Positions 27,335 to 43,836 are shown, counted from the stretch's first letter. The stretch: DNA of 64,000 nucleotides from the human T2T-CHM13v2.0 reference genome, Homo sapiens (GCF_009914755.1 NC_060925.1), one strand, 5' to 3'. Notes: generated by a model not told the origin, from the letters alone. Numbers and translations are program-made.

Positions 27335-27620
27335 TCAGGCACACAGTGGGTCATACCTGTCATCCCAGCAGTTTGGGATGCCAAGGTGGGAGAATCACTT
27401 GAGGCCAGGAGTTTGAGATCAGCCTGGGCAACATAGTGAGACCCTCATCTCCACACAAAAAAATAAAATAGTTAGCCAGGCACGGCAGTGCACACCTGTA
27501 GTCCCAACTATTCAGGAGGCTGAGGAGGATGGCTTGAGCCCAGGAATTTGAGGCCACAGTGAGCTATGATCACACCACTGCACTCCAGGCTGGATGAGAG
27601 TGAGACTCTGTCTCAAAAGA
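27335..27620 (+). mobile_element. AluJ
   Basis: Alu consensus match. Confidence 0.9.
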
Positions 27621-27734
27621 AGAAAAATTCTTGCTATTTAATAACTTTTTTCTTTTTTATGTTTAAAGTTTTGAAAATGCAGAGGAAGAATTATTTCAAC
27701 ACCTTTAGCGTTGAGTAAGAATTTCTCTTCTTTT

Positions 27735-28770
<1,036 letters not shown>

Positions 28771-28813
28771 TCATTGGTTTACCCCATATTAGTGTACTTG
28801 ACACTTGACAAGT

Positions 28814-29236
28814 TGTCTTAGTCAGTTTGCGTTGTTATAAAGAAAGACCTGAGACTGGGTAATTTATAAAGAAAAGAGGTTTATTTTATTTGGCTCACAG
28901 TTCTGCATGCTGTACAATAAGCATGGTGCCAGGATCTGCTTCTGGGGAGGGCTTCAGGCTGCTGCTATTCGTGGTGAGAGGTAAAGGGAAACAGTGGTCA
29001 TAAGGTGAGAGAAGGGGAGCAAGAGATAGAGAAGGGAGGTGCCAGGCTCTTTTTAACAATTTGCTCTCAGGGAAACTCTCGTGGGAACTGGTAGAAGGAA
29101 AGTTCACTCATTACTGTGAGGACAGATGCACCAACATGATCATGAATACCTCCCACCAGGCCCCACCTCCAACACTGGGATTAAATTTCAACCTGAGCCT
29201 TGGCAAGGCCACACAAACCATATTCAAACCATAGCA
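28814..29236 (-). mobile_element. MST solo LTR
   Basis: TG...CA termini with perfect TSD CAAGT. Confidence 0.88.
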
Positions 29237-29707
29237 CAAGTAGCCCTCTCTAGTTTCGGAAATAGAGAGTAAAGTTTTCTTGGTTTACTTAAGTGTCACC
29301 TCACCCACTGATGGGGTTTCATCTTGTGGAATTCAGAACAGCATTGCTCAATCTGCTTCCTTTGATAGCCTCAGAGCCTTTCAGCTGTTGGAGACAGCCA
29401 TATCCTATCAGTAAGTCATTCAATCCTAACATGAGAAGGGTCCTAACAGACCATCAAGTCAAACCCTTTGCATTAGCGATGAGGAAATGGAACCTCAGAA
29501 ACCAAATCCATGCCCCTGAGCCCTGGCCAAGCTCACTCCTCACCTCCCCAGCCTCATCTTTGCTTCTTTACAAATGGCTTCTCCTTGGTGGGAATATGGG
29601 CATTTTCTTCTATACCGCTTCTTTATTTTTTCCTGATTTTTATAATATGCATGTTGTTGGTTTTCTTAAAGTAAAAAACTAAAAACATACATATGTTTTA
29701 AACATTA

Positions 29708-30013
<306 letters not shown>

Positions 30014-30669
30014 AGTTTATTTAATTTTGACTCCCCAGTTCTTTTTCACGTGAATTGCCACGATGTTTCCCCCATGGTTAAAAATCTGAATCCAAACTTG
30101 ACATTTCTCTGGGCTGGCTTTTGACTTATTGGTCTGAGCCCATCATTCCAGGCCTGTCAAGCTTCTAAATTGAATTGGGTCATTGACATACTAGCTTTCC
30201 CTATAAGTTTTTTATTATTTACAGATTTGGCAGCAAGATTAATATTTCTGAACATTGACATTCAAGAATAGACTAACTACTTCATTCTCCAGGATAATAC
30301 TGGTTCAGTTTTTTTTTCTTGTATTATATAATTTATTATATATATATATAATTATACTTGCCCCCATGCAAATTTAGTGAGAAATAAAAATACAGCAAAT
30401 CTTCAAAAAGGAATGTGGAAATGACATATGGGGTAGACATATTTAAATCTTGAGAACTCTAGGATTCTAACCACATTGCAGTATTTTTGAAAGTCCCAAG
30501 GTGGTTTTCTCCTTTTAAATTTACATTGTGAATAGATGTTCTGTGGTTGGAAGGGAATGTAGTGATTAAAATTTAACCTACCCCAAACTAAAATCTCTTA
30601 TGCAACCACATCAAGAGATCCTTAAATATGACCCATGTTCTTGCCTTCAAGGGTTTTCTCCTCTCTTAT

Positions 30670-30782
30670 TTTATTTTTTATTTTTAAAATTGATATATCA
30701 TAGATGTATATATTTTGGGGATACATGTAATATTTTGATACATGTGTACAATGTGTAATGAGCAAATCAGAGTAATTGGGAC
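30670..30782 (-). mobile_element. Short L1MA-type 3' end
   Basis: gatacatgtaatattttgatacatgtgtacaatgtgtaatgagcaaatcagagtaattggg. Confidence 0.65.
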
Positions 30783-32013
30783 AGTGCAGGTTATTTACTG
30801 TAGTTGTTCTTTTACCTATCCAATTGTGCTACCACCCAGACCATAGTTCTTTATTTTATACATGGGATTTTATGTCAAATGCTGTATAAAATGTTAAAAT
30901 ATGCTTTCTATGGGATTATTCCGAGGTATGAACCAAGTACCACCCTCTAAACAAGGAACAGTGTGAGTTTGGCATGACCTGCTCTTCTGAACTAGCACAG
31001 ATTCCTGGCAATCTCTGTATTTCTTCCTAATGTTCATAAATCATATGCTCAGCAATCAACCCCAGGAGTTTTCAGGAAGCTATGTCAAGCAACCCGACAG
31101 TTTCTTATGATCTACTCTATTTTCCTTTTCAAAAAAATAAAGAGATGCCTACACGATTCTAATCTTTTTGGTACTTCTACCATTCCCTGTGATGCATTAA
31201 AAATCATTAAAAAAAAAGTTTCAAATTATATCCAGGAGCACGGAGCACCATCGGAAAGCCCAGTTCTAGATCATCTGGGCTTGGAGTCGGCAGCTTGGTT
31301 AAAATATCTCACTCTGCCCTGCACTCTGCTGTTACCTCAGAGGACAGCTCAGGATGCTGGGGCTGTGGGAAACTCCGGTCTCCATCGTAACTCATGAAAA
31401 CTTCTCTGGGGGTATGAATTGACACAGAATATTGAGTGCCAGTGAGTTCTCCACGCCCGGTGCAAGTTACAGCTGCAGACATTTTCAAACCAACCAGCTG
31501 GGGTCCTCAGGGACTGAACTTTCCCATGGGGCTCCCTCAAGGGCTCAGATGGCATTCCCTGGGCAGCAGGCCAGGGCAGATTAGAGGGTAAATGATACCA
31601 TGTCCTCCCCCTAAACATCCAGTTCTGGGTGATGCACTTGCCGAGCCCAGCATCATCGTGTGCCGCATTTATAAATAGCTCCCCACTTCTCTGCAGTGGC
31701 TTAGGAGCCTTCCTGCACACACACAAAAAAGGGCACTCACTGGATAAGAAAGGAGAGAAATTTTACAGTTCTTTTTCGGCAGGCAGTTTGCATGAAATGA
31801 AAGTAGCAAACCAAGCCCTTTACAGAATCAAGGATTTTCAGATTAATTTCCTTTGGGATTCGGATTTGGGGTTTTATGACAACAACGGATTATTCAGCAT
31901 GTGATGGAAAAATTCCTTAGAGGTTGGGGAACTAAGTTTGAGGGGGAGATGTAAAGAATTGAGATGCAAAATAGAATATTAATATATGACTTAGTTCCTA
32001 AAGACACTGATGA

Positions 32014-32378
<365 letters not shown>

Positions 32379-32652
32379 CCCTTTCTAAGCTTTCTGATTT
32401 GCCATTACATTCAGCCCAGTCCTCTCACAACACCTCAGTGGAGAACTCAACAGCATCTTCTCACAACTACTGACGGAGGACTAGATCCAGCTTGTCCTGA
32501 GAAATAGGAATGGAATCTACTTGGAGAGTGCCCGGCAGAAGTGATTCAGAGAGCAAACATCCTTACCTGGTGGTATTCCACCTAAACCCGGGCAGACGGT
32601 GTCCATCCACAGCTCGTAGAACACCAAGGGCTGTGGTTTGAAACACAACACA

Positions 32653-33397
32653 TGTCACCTGACAACCGAAATGAGGGACTGAGGCGTAGGTTTATTCAGC
32701 CACTTTAGGGAACATCTGGAAAAACACAAGCCACAGACACATCTGTGGCTGTTTTTCCAAAGAGGCTTTCAGGAAGTTTTGTATTTATACATTTACTTAA
32801 AGGAGGGTAGGGGCAGGCGTGTAGGAAGAGGGGCAGACAAGTGGGAATAGTTTTATAGTTAGGTTGGTGCAAAATTACACGTAATGGCAAAAACCACAAT
32901 TAGTTTGCCCCAACTTAATATATTCTTGTGAGACTTTAGTTAGTGCCTAGTAAATCTACATTTTTACATAAGAGAAAAAAGAGAGTAAAGGAAGAGTCAA
33001 TTGTGCATGGAAGGTGGAGGAAGGGAAGGTGGAGGAAGGACTCTTGACTTTGTTCTGCACCTGGGAAGATAAGCATGTAATCCACATTCTCAGTATGGAA
33101 GGAACAGACTCATTTTAGGAGCTAGACTTGGCTTGTAGGCCTCAAGTTACAACTGGCATGTCCTCTTTTATGGGAGGCCAGGAAATAACTCCTTTATGAA
33201 TGATCTGTAGAGGTGGAGCCCTTCTGGTCCTTCACAGATGCCTAAGGCCTTCCCTTTACCTTTCCATGGGGACTGATGCCTAATGTCAGTAACTGCTGTT
33301 CATTTGGAAGAGGATGTTGCAATGACTTGGCCTCAGGGCTTAATCTTCACTTTTGCCTAAGTTTGGGAGGTCCTGAGATCTTCTTTTTTCCTTTACA
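32653..33397 (-). mobile_element. ERV1 (MER4-group-like) solo LTR, subfamily undetermined
   Basis: TG...CA termini (tgtcacc...cctttaca), ~745 bp, AATAAA on minus strand (tttatt near 32689). Confidence 0.7.
32859..32918. mobile_element. MADE1 mariner (Hsmar1) MITE with left-arm deletion
   Basis: ttaggttggtgcaaaa...taatggcaaaaaccacaattagtttgccccaacttaa followed by TA. Confidence 0.85.
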
Positions 33398-34283
33398 CAA
33401 CCAAATTGCAGAGCTAAGGCATCCAAGATGCTGACCCATCTACTTAGCACTCTGCATGATCAGGAGTGTGAGCTCAGGGCAATGCTGCTCTAAGGATTGA
33501 TTTTCTCCTGCAGGACACCACCACACTGATGCCCTTATCAATACTTAACTGCTTACCACATCCCAGACGCATTGTATTCCTAGGCCACTGAGCAGTGTTC
33601 TCTGCCCAGGGAGCATGCACACCAGAGCTCAGGGCTTGAGGGCCAAGGCTCAGCAGCAAGAGGGTAGCGGAGCCAGGGTCCAGTTTGTGCTGCCCACCTG
33701 CAGGTCCACAAGAAGTGAGGGTGCAGCTGGGTCAGAGCAAGGTGGGGAGCCTGATAGAAGCCCCCAGGAAGGATGAGGCCACCCAGGGTTCTGTGATCCC
33801 TTGTCCCTCTCCCTGTCTGAGGAGTGCTGTGGGGTGGGGTTGGGGTAAGCCCAGGCTTACAGGAAGAGCAGTAAGTATACTGACACAGTCTGGGCTTCAG
33901 GTCCCCACAGAACAGTACAAAACCAAGGAGTCACCTCCCTCTTGGGAGGAAGAGTGTTGATTTCTAAAGAAGAGGCTGGAAATTCTCTCCTGCCTACAGT
34001 GGGACAACTGGATAATACACAGCAGAACCTCCTGCCAGAGAGACAGGGATCCACCACCTGGTGTCCACGGGGATCCCAGCTGCATGTGTGAGCCGGCTTG
34101 GTCTCTCAGGCTGACCCCGACCCCATCCACTTCCTCCCGCTCTGCCCCAGCTACACTTTAAATCATGATTATCACCTACCTATGTAAGGATCTTGGTTTC
34201 CAAACTCACCTCAGGAATCCATGAAAATACCTTCCCTGTGTCTGCCCCTCACCCTCAACTCCAACCCTAAGAGTTGGACTGTG

Positions 34284-34582
34284 AGCCGGGCGTGGTGGGC
34301 ATGAGCTGGTAGTTTCAGCTACTCAGGAGGCTGAGCCTGGAGGATTGCCTGAGGTCAGGAGTTCGAGTCTTGCCTGGGCAACACAGCAAGACCCTGACTC
34401 TTTTTTGTTTTGTTTTGTTTTTGTTTTTGTAGAGATGGGGTTTCTCCATGTTGCCCAGGCTGATCTCGAACTCTGGAGCTCAAGTGGTCCACCTGCCTTG
34501 GCCTCCTAAAGTGCTAGGATTACAGGTGTGAGCCACTGTGTCCAGCCAAGACCCTGACTCAAAAAAATAAAAAAAAAGAAAA
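34284..34582. mobile_element. Plus-strand Alu monomer containing a nested minus-strand FLAM-like monomer (34401-34546)
   Basis: 14-bp TSD caagaccctgactc at 34387-34400 and 34547-34560. Confidence 0.9.
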
Positions 34583-35655
34583 AGAGCTGGCCCTGTTTTA
34601 ATCCAGGCTCAGGAATCTGGGACCTCAGACTTTACCAAGTCCTCTGAACAAACCTGCTGGCCCCCTCTGTGGTCTGCTCCTTAAAACTGCCACACTGTTT
34701 GGGAAACTAGGAAAAGTGGTCCTGTTATTCTCCACAGCAGCCCCCAGCTTCAAGCCTTTGGGCCCTGATATCTGAGTGTGAAGAGACACTATGAAAGAAG
34801 GCTCTAGAAGAGTGAATAGTGTTTGACTCTCTAAGTGGTCAGGCCAAATCCAGGCCTTCTCTGGCTCTGCGGTCTGCTGCACAGGCCATGCTCAGGTAGA
34901 CTCAGGAACCTAGCTTGGGACAAGATGTCCTGGGTTCTGCAAGTTTGGGTCTCTGCACTATGGTGTGAGCTTTTCAAAGCCTGGGCCCATGTCTTTTACT
35001 CAATTCAACAAATATTTGCAGCAATTATTCACCAATGTAGCTGCACAGTAAAGCTAATTAAGCTTCAGTTTTAGGGACACTCATTTGCACAGGTCCCTAT
35101 CGAGACTCTGGGAGGAACTTTTCAATGCTTATGGAAAAAGTCAGGTTTTGGTGAAGTTTGCAAAAGTAAGATATCTTCCCTACCACTTTCCCTTAGTTAC
35201 ACTTCCCTCTACATGGGACAGGGGTAGCCACGGGGGATTCCGGATCTAGCTAGAGGGATGTTGGGATGGAGATCCTTTAACTTGGATTTGGCGGGCTGTT
35301 TGATGATGAGCAGGAAGTGATAGATACTTCCACACGTAGCCATCTTGGGGACAGCTCCCACGCCTCCTCCTGCCCACTGTGCTGACTCGTTGGGCGCCCG
35401 GAGGCCACGGTGCAGCACAGGGGGTGTGCCATGGCCTGAATGTCCCCTACTGAGCCCAGCACTGGGCATGTGAGCAAAGGTGGCACAACAGAGTGGAAAT
35501 CAATGGTGCCAGAAGCTAGTCTGCAGACAAGCACTTCGGAGACAGGCAAGTGAGCTAATTCACAAAAAGATATGTGATTGTCCTACATCTTAGGATAACA
35601 TGACTTGCAAGGCTTTTTAAAACCTGCAATTGTTATGATTTTTCACTCCAAATAA

Positions 35656-36367
<712 letters not shown>

Positions 36368-36596
36368 CTATGGAAGCTGGATATGTCTCTAACTGCATGT
36401 TCAATCTGCAGACATTCTTCCAGGCAGTGAGCAAAACAGATAAGACACCTGCCCATGGGTACTACCAATGCCTGCGACAATGCTGGCACTGGGCAGATGC
36501 CTCGTGAATGTTGATGTAAAGCCAATGGCACCCTACAAGAGTCAACTTCTCGGGGCGGTCCAGGGCTAGTCCCAACAGCATCCCAGGGTCACTGGG

Positions 36597-37305
36597 TGTC
36601 TTAGTCTGTTTGTGCTGCTGCTGTAAAGGAGTGCCTGATGCTGGGTAGTTTATAAAGAAAAGAGGCTTATTTGGCTCATGGCTCTGCAAGCTGTGCAAGA
36701 AGCATGGCGCCAGCATCTGCTTCTGGTGAGGGCTTCAGGGAGCCTCCAATCATGGTGGAAGAGGAAGGAGAGCCAGCTTGTGCAGAGATCACACGTCAAG
36801 AGAGAAAGGAAAAGATAGAGAAAGGCCGGGCACGGTGCCTCACGCCTGTAATCTCAGCACTTTGGGAGGCTGAGGCAGATGGATCACTTGAGATCAGGAA
36901 TTCGAGACCAGCCTGACCAACATGGTGAAACGCTGTCTCTACTAAAAATACAAAAATTGGTTGGGCGTGGTGGCACACCCCTGTAATCCCAGCTACTTGG
37001 GAGGAGAATCGCTTGAACCTGGAAGGCGGAGGTTGCAGTAAGCTGAGATTGTGCCACAGCACTCCAGCCTATGTGACAGAGCGAGACTCTGTCTCAAACA
37101 AAAAAAAAGGGGAGAGAGAGAGAAAGAGGAGGTGCCAGGCTCTTTCACTGAGAGCGAGGACTTACTCACTACTGTGAGAACGGCAGCAAGCCACTCCAGA
37201 GGGATCCGCCCCCATCACCCAAACACCTCCCGCCAGGCCCATCTCAAACACTGGAAATCAAATTTCAACATGAAATTTGGAGGGTCAAATATTCAAACTA
37301 TAGTA
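36597..37305 (-). mobile_element. MST solo LTR with Alu insertion
   Basis: TSD CTGGG on both sides. Confidence 0.85.
36824..37110 (+). mobile_element. AluS inside MST LTR
   Basis: Alu consensus, small right-arm deletion. Confidence 0.92.
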
Positions 37306-37524
37306 CTGGGTCAGGCTTTCAGAACTGCTCCCTAACCTCTTCCAAGAGGTAAAGAGTCCACTCTTGACATCAGCCTCCCCTGCCTCTGCTGCAGGGCAGA
37401 AAGATAAAGAGGAGCCTCCCTCCAGGCCTCTGCGGTGAGTGATGAGCTAGTGTCCCACAGCCCAAGCTCCAAAATAGCTCTCATTGGCCCGTCCCATGGC
37501 CTAAAATGCTTCCATAAAGATGAT

Positions 37525-37871
37525 TTTCTCGTCTGAACGTTTGTGTCCCCGCAAAATTCATATGATGAAATCAAATCCCCAGTGTGGTGGATTGAGAGCT
37601 GGGATTTTTGGGAAGTAGGCTCTGCCCTCATAAATGGGATCAGCGCCCTTATGAAGAAGGCCCGAGGGAGCTTGTCCACCCCTTCTGCTGTGTGGGAACT
37701 CAACAAGGAGGTGCCATCTATAAAGCAGAGAAGCGCTCACCAGACACCAAATCTGCTGGTACCTTGATCTTGGACTTCCCAGCTTCCAGAACTGTCAACA
37801 ATAAACTTCTGTTGTTTATAAACAACCTAGTCTGTGGTATTTTGTTATAGTCACCTACACAGACTAAGACA
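37525..37871 (+). mobile_element. MLT1A-like MaLR LTR
   Basis: caccagacaccaaatctgctggtaccttgatcttggacttcccagc...gactaagaca. Confidence 0.85.
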
Positions 37872-38447
37872 ATGACCTTTTGTGTTTTTTGGGAAAAACC
37901 CTAAAATACAAGGAATCCCTGGCTTAGTAAAGTCGGTCAATTTATCACTTATGTCTTATCCAGAATGAGAATAATCCGCTCCCTTTTCTCTGTGATTGGA
38001 AATTAAGACCGGCTCACTGGGGCAAATGCGTTACCACTTGGGAGAGTGCTTATCAGCCAGGTGGCATCATGAAGGCCCTGGAAGCCAGCCTGTAGGGTAG
38101 GAGAGGGTGCAGGGAGTAAGGGACGGGTACAGAAAAGGAAACAAGAGGGCCCAGAGAACCTGCCCCCTGCTGTATAATTGTGCCCAAGCTCCCGCCTCCC
38201 CTGCAGGGAGAAGGGAAGTCTCTCCCTCACCCATGGGGGAGCACTGAGTGGCCACCTCTGCACAGGCCCTCTGCAGGGGCAGATGAGGCAGCCCGAACAG
38301 AACCCTCTGCCCGCCTGGCCAACCAAAGAGCCCACGACACTCCATCTGGCCCAACCGCAGCCGAAGGCGGCACCAACTCGCTGCGCCTTCAGGGACTTGC
38401 CAGGGCCACTTGAGTGTGGTAAACATGCATTTTAGGCTAAGTGTTTA

Positions 38448-38843
<396 letters not shown>

Positions 38844-38912
38844 TCATAACCTCCCCATGTGGAGACATGTGCTTCTAGTATTTATTTAAGTTTATTTCAT
38901 ACACATTTTTAA

Positions 38913-39563
<651 letters not shown>

Positions 39564-39569
39564 CTTATA

Positions 39570-40330
39570 CACATTTTAAAAAATAAAATTGGGAGCATGC
39601 TGATTTTATGATGTAATATGCTGCTTTTTCATAGAATCTGGCATCACAGTCATTTTCCCATGTCACTTCAAAACCTATGAGTATATGCCTCCAGTGGCCA
39701 CACAGCAGTACATCATAGAGCACAAGCAGTACCTCACAGACCCATCATGCTAGGCTGTATCGTTACATGACCCATCGCTTCCGACTCAGTTCAGGATTAG
39801 CATAAACAGCACGACACTCATTGTCTTCGTATTCACATCTCTGCTGCCTCATTTATTATTCCCTTCAGATAGATTTCTGAAAGTAAGATCACAGAATAAG
39901 ACATTTTTATGGCTTTTGGTTTTCATTTTCCAAATTGCTTTCTAGAAACGTTTCCAATTTCCATACCTCCAGCAGTGTGGGGGAGGGCCCATCTCACTGC
40001 AGTTCCCTAGCACATCTCAGAGGTCTGTGTGTGTTTGGTTCTTAGTCTGCCAATCTGATTTGTGAAAGGGCTGACTAAGCTGCTTAGATGATCCCTACCT
40101 TGGTCACTCCTAGTGTTAAATATTCTTTATGTGTATTGATTTAGAGATTTCTTATTTTATGTTCCCAGTGCTTCTATATATTATTTACCTTAAGCTCTTA
40201 TTTGTTTACCTATGTCCTTTGCTTGCTTTTCTATTTGAGTCTTTTTAAGGTTAATTTTATGTTTTCTTCAGGTAGGAATATGTTAACTGTCTCTCAAATT
40301 GTGGCAAGTGTTTTCCCCATTGATTGTTTG
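39570..40330 (-). mobile_element. Very old L1ME-like remnant
   Basis: ccaaattgctttctagaaa...ccagcagtgtg motifs of old L1 3' region. Confidence 0.5.
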
Positions 40331-40559
40331 AAGATGAATTTGGTGGCTGGTTCTGTCAGTCCCGCTGCCTCTGTCTCAGACATGAGGGATGTCTTCATTG
40401 AGCAAATCTATCCAGCACACTGATATCTTTCTTGAAACGCAGCCTGAAGGGTAGTGGGCAAACTGATCCATAATGGATGCTTAAGTCTGCAAACTTCCCT
40501 CTACTAGATCAAGCGCAGAACTGATTCATCTGCCAGGTCTTTCTTTCTGGCTGTCACCT

Positions 40560-41030
40560 GTGCATGAGGCCTGCACATGCCTCCTCCAACATCTTTCTCA
40601 GCAACCTTACTAAATGCCCCATTGCTTAAGGTCTTAGGCAGCTCCTGCAGAGGGAAAGCCAAATCCCTTGGCAGGATACAAAAAGCCTTTCCTGCTCTGG
40701 CCTCTGCCTGCCTTTCTATCCTCATCTCCTCCAGCCCACGCTTAGCCTAAGCTCCAGCAATGCTGTGTTGCTCATCCACAGATATCTGGGTGAGAAACCT
40801 TCTATCCTCAGTATGTTTCCCTGTGAAGCTACTGCTCCATGCCCAGGGCTCTCTCGAGGCGGTGCCCCTTTCCGGAAGTCTCCCTCTGTCCACATGCTCC
40901 TCTCTCCTTGCCCTCATCAGAATGGCGTGTGCTGTTTGTTTGCTTCTGTCCTGCCAACATGCTGTGGCTGGCTTGGTACTGGGAGCTGGATTTCTTCTCT
41001 CTGCAAAGCCCACTTCACATAGTAGGCATG
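40560..41030 (+). mobile_element. L2 remnant
   Basis: aaagccaaatcccttggcagg...ctggcctctgcctgcc...tagtaggcatgcaat. Confidence 0.5.
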
Positions 41031-42529
41031 CAATGCAAATTTGCAGAAGGAAAGAGGGGAGGGAGCAGAACGGGTTGTTCCCTGTCTCTATAGATTTTGC
41101 GTTACAGAAGAGTGCTTTGCAAAGTGTGAGTCCTTCTACCCATGCAGGGCATCTTAGTGGCTGTTGGCGGCAGTGGTCATATTAGGGTTGTTACTATCAT
41201 CTACTTTAAAATTAAAGTAGGAACCATCTGTAAAGTCTCACACTGAGCAGGCAGAAAAACACAACCTTCATGGAAGAAAAATCTTTCTTGAAGGGTGAAA
41301 TTTCTCACTTGGCAAGAGAAATGACTATATGAAGCCAAGGTGATTTGTTTGCTAATTGCACTCTCTTTCTAGGGTTTCAGCAGCCACCAGGTGTGAATGT
41401 CAAGGGAACCACACCATCTGCTCGATAATTCTCTGGGGGACCTGTGATTAGATCGGTATATGACATGTCATCCACGTTTTACAAGCACAGGATAGAGTGT
41501 GTGTGCACCGTAGGGGCGTCACAAGACAATGCCCTACCAGGGGCTAGGCAGGAGCAGAGCCTGCCGTGCTAAAACGCATTTCTTTGCAGTGTTGAAGGTG
41601 GATCTGTTGGGAGACTTTGCCACCCGCCACCTCAGAGGACATCAATGCTGCATCCTGGGTTAGCATCCAGGGTCCTGCCTGCTAGCTCTGCAGGGGCCGC
41701 CGCCTTGCCGCCCGCATCCTGCATGAGTGACTTCTCTTTGCCGAATGCTGGAGGTGCAAGGGATGTTCATGAAGGGCCCTCCCCATCTCGTCCCTGCATC
41801 AGGCCCTTCTGAGTTGTTTTTTCCTTTAGGCAGCATTCCCTGTAGGCCTTCCTTATCCCAAGATCTGAAGTGCTAATTGTCAGAGCCATCCTAGGAAGCA
41901 CATCTCCCAATTCCAGGAGTCAGGAGGCCAAGACCTGGGGCTGCAGCAGCAGCACAAGCCCACCAACCTTAGCAACCTAGGCTCTGCCGGGGATGGGACG
42001 GACACTTCTGTTCCCTGGAGCCAACATTCACCAACATTCATCCACTTGAGAGTCATCCGGGACTTGGATAATCTGCAAGGTCCAGGTGTCCTGCCCTAGC
42101 TGCTGACTGGGTGGGAGCCCGGGAATCTGCATGTTCCCATCCCCCGCAGGGGACTCCAATGAGGCGGCCTGAGGCCCAGTCATCAGGAAACACCACTCTC
42201 ACTGGGCTGACACACACATTAAGCAGCAGGTGGGGGAAAAGAGCTTCTAGCATATCAGGCAGCACTTTCGCCACCACATTCTGGATCAAAATAGACACCA
42301 TCTCTCTCCCGACATTTATCAGGTCCCTCCCTGCCCCATGCATTAAAGGATGGTTCAAACCAGAGTGGTTTTTTTTCCAAAAAGGAATTAATATTGGTAT
42401 TTTTAATTGGATTACATTAGAGTTATATTTTAACTCTAACTTTAAATATAGAGTTATATTTTAACTGGGAGCATGGGTAACTATAAAACTGTTGTTTTTC
42501 TAAGAACAGGTCATACATTTGTTTTTTAA

Positions 42530-42576
42530 AAATTTTTTTAGAAGAGGGTCTCACTCTGTCACCCAGGCTGGAGTGC
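42530..42576 (-). mobile_element. Alu 3' fragment
   Basis: gggtctcactctgtcacccaggctggagtgc. Confidence 0.8.
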
Positions 42577-43281
42577 CCCTCTGTGACAGCCTGCCCAAGG
42601 GTGCCAGTGCCAGGCTAACTCCAGCCCTTCTGGCCCACCCAGAAAAGGTTACTAGAATGCGAGTCAGAATGGCATTAATAGAGGGACCACCTTAACCCAT
42701 CAGACACAGGCTCAATCATTAGCAGATGGTTTATTATTACTATTAATCACTTTGGATTGTTTACTATTAGGGCAACAAACTACATGCAATCCAGCTATTC
42801 AGGGCACCTTGACCTGGCCAGAGGGCGTGGAATTCCTCCCCACCCCCAGGGATGGGTACAATGACAGGTTGGCAAGTACGATGGGGCAGACAGTGGAGTG
42901 GGCGGCTGGAGGGAGGAGGAGGAGATGCTCAGAGAGCAAAAGGATACAAGTTCAAAGCAGAGTTTTGCCTCAAGCAGGGCTCAGAAATGTGTACCTGCAG
43001 AACTGGGACAGGTCACCGGGGGATTAAGAGAGAATCAAGCGTCAGTTACAACTTCCCTGAGCGCAGCCTGGTGCCTCGTGACTGAGGCCTGCTGGCCTCG
43101 GCCTGAATGCTGACCCTTCCCCTGGTGTCAGGAAGCAGAGGGGTTTTCATGGGGCCATACACCCCCAGCACCAGCAAGGGGACCCCCAGGGAGCCACTGC
43201 CCATCTCAGCGTGTGAATGGGGAGTCGGGGCTGAAGGCTCTCGTAGGCCTTTCCAGCTTTAACGTTGTGTGATTCTGGGTC

Positions 43282-43293
<12 letters not shown>

Positions 43294-43331
<38 letters not shown>
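43294..43331. repeat. (TA)n microsatellite
   Basis: Direct reading. Confidence 0.92.
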
Positions 43332-43335
<4 letters not shown>

Positions 43336-43339
43336 AAAT

Positions 43340-43657
43340 TTTTTATTTTTTATTTTTTTTATTTTTATTTTTTATTTTTGAGACAGGGTCTCACTCTCAC
43401 CCAGACTGGAGTTCAGGGGTGTAATCACAACTCACAGCAGCCTCAACCTCCGGGCTCAGGTGATCGTACCCACTCGGTTTCCCGAGTAGCTGGGACCACA
43501 GGCAGGCAGCACCACACCCAGATAATTATTGTATTTTTTGCAGAGATAGGCTTTCGCCATGTTGCCCAGTCTGGTCTTGAACTCCTGGGCTCAAGTGATC
43601 CACTCCCTTTGGCCTCCCAAAGTGCTGAGATTACAGGCATGAGCCACTGCATCCAGC
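43340..43657 (-). mobile_element. AluJ
   Basis: Alu consensus match. Confidence 0.9.
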
Positions 43658-43836
43658 TGAAATTTAATATTTGTCAATTATTTTCACTCAAGGCCTAGGG
43701 GTAATTATAGGATAAGGGTGACTCCCCAGCAAAAATCAAAGTATCAGGCAAGTAAAACGGAATGATTTACCCTCAGAGTTCAGCATCAGGCAACATTGTG
43801 CTAGTGGAAAATTTTTTTAAAGAAATCTGTCTTGGA

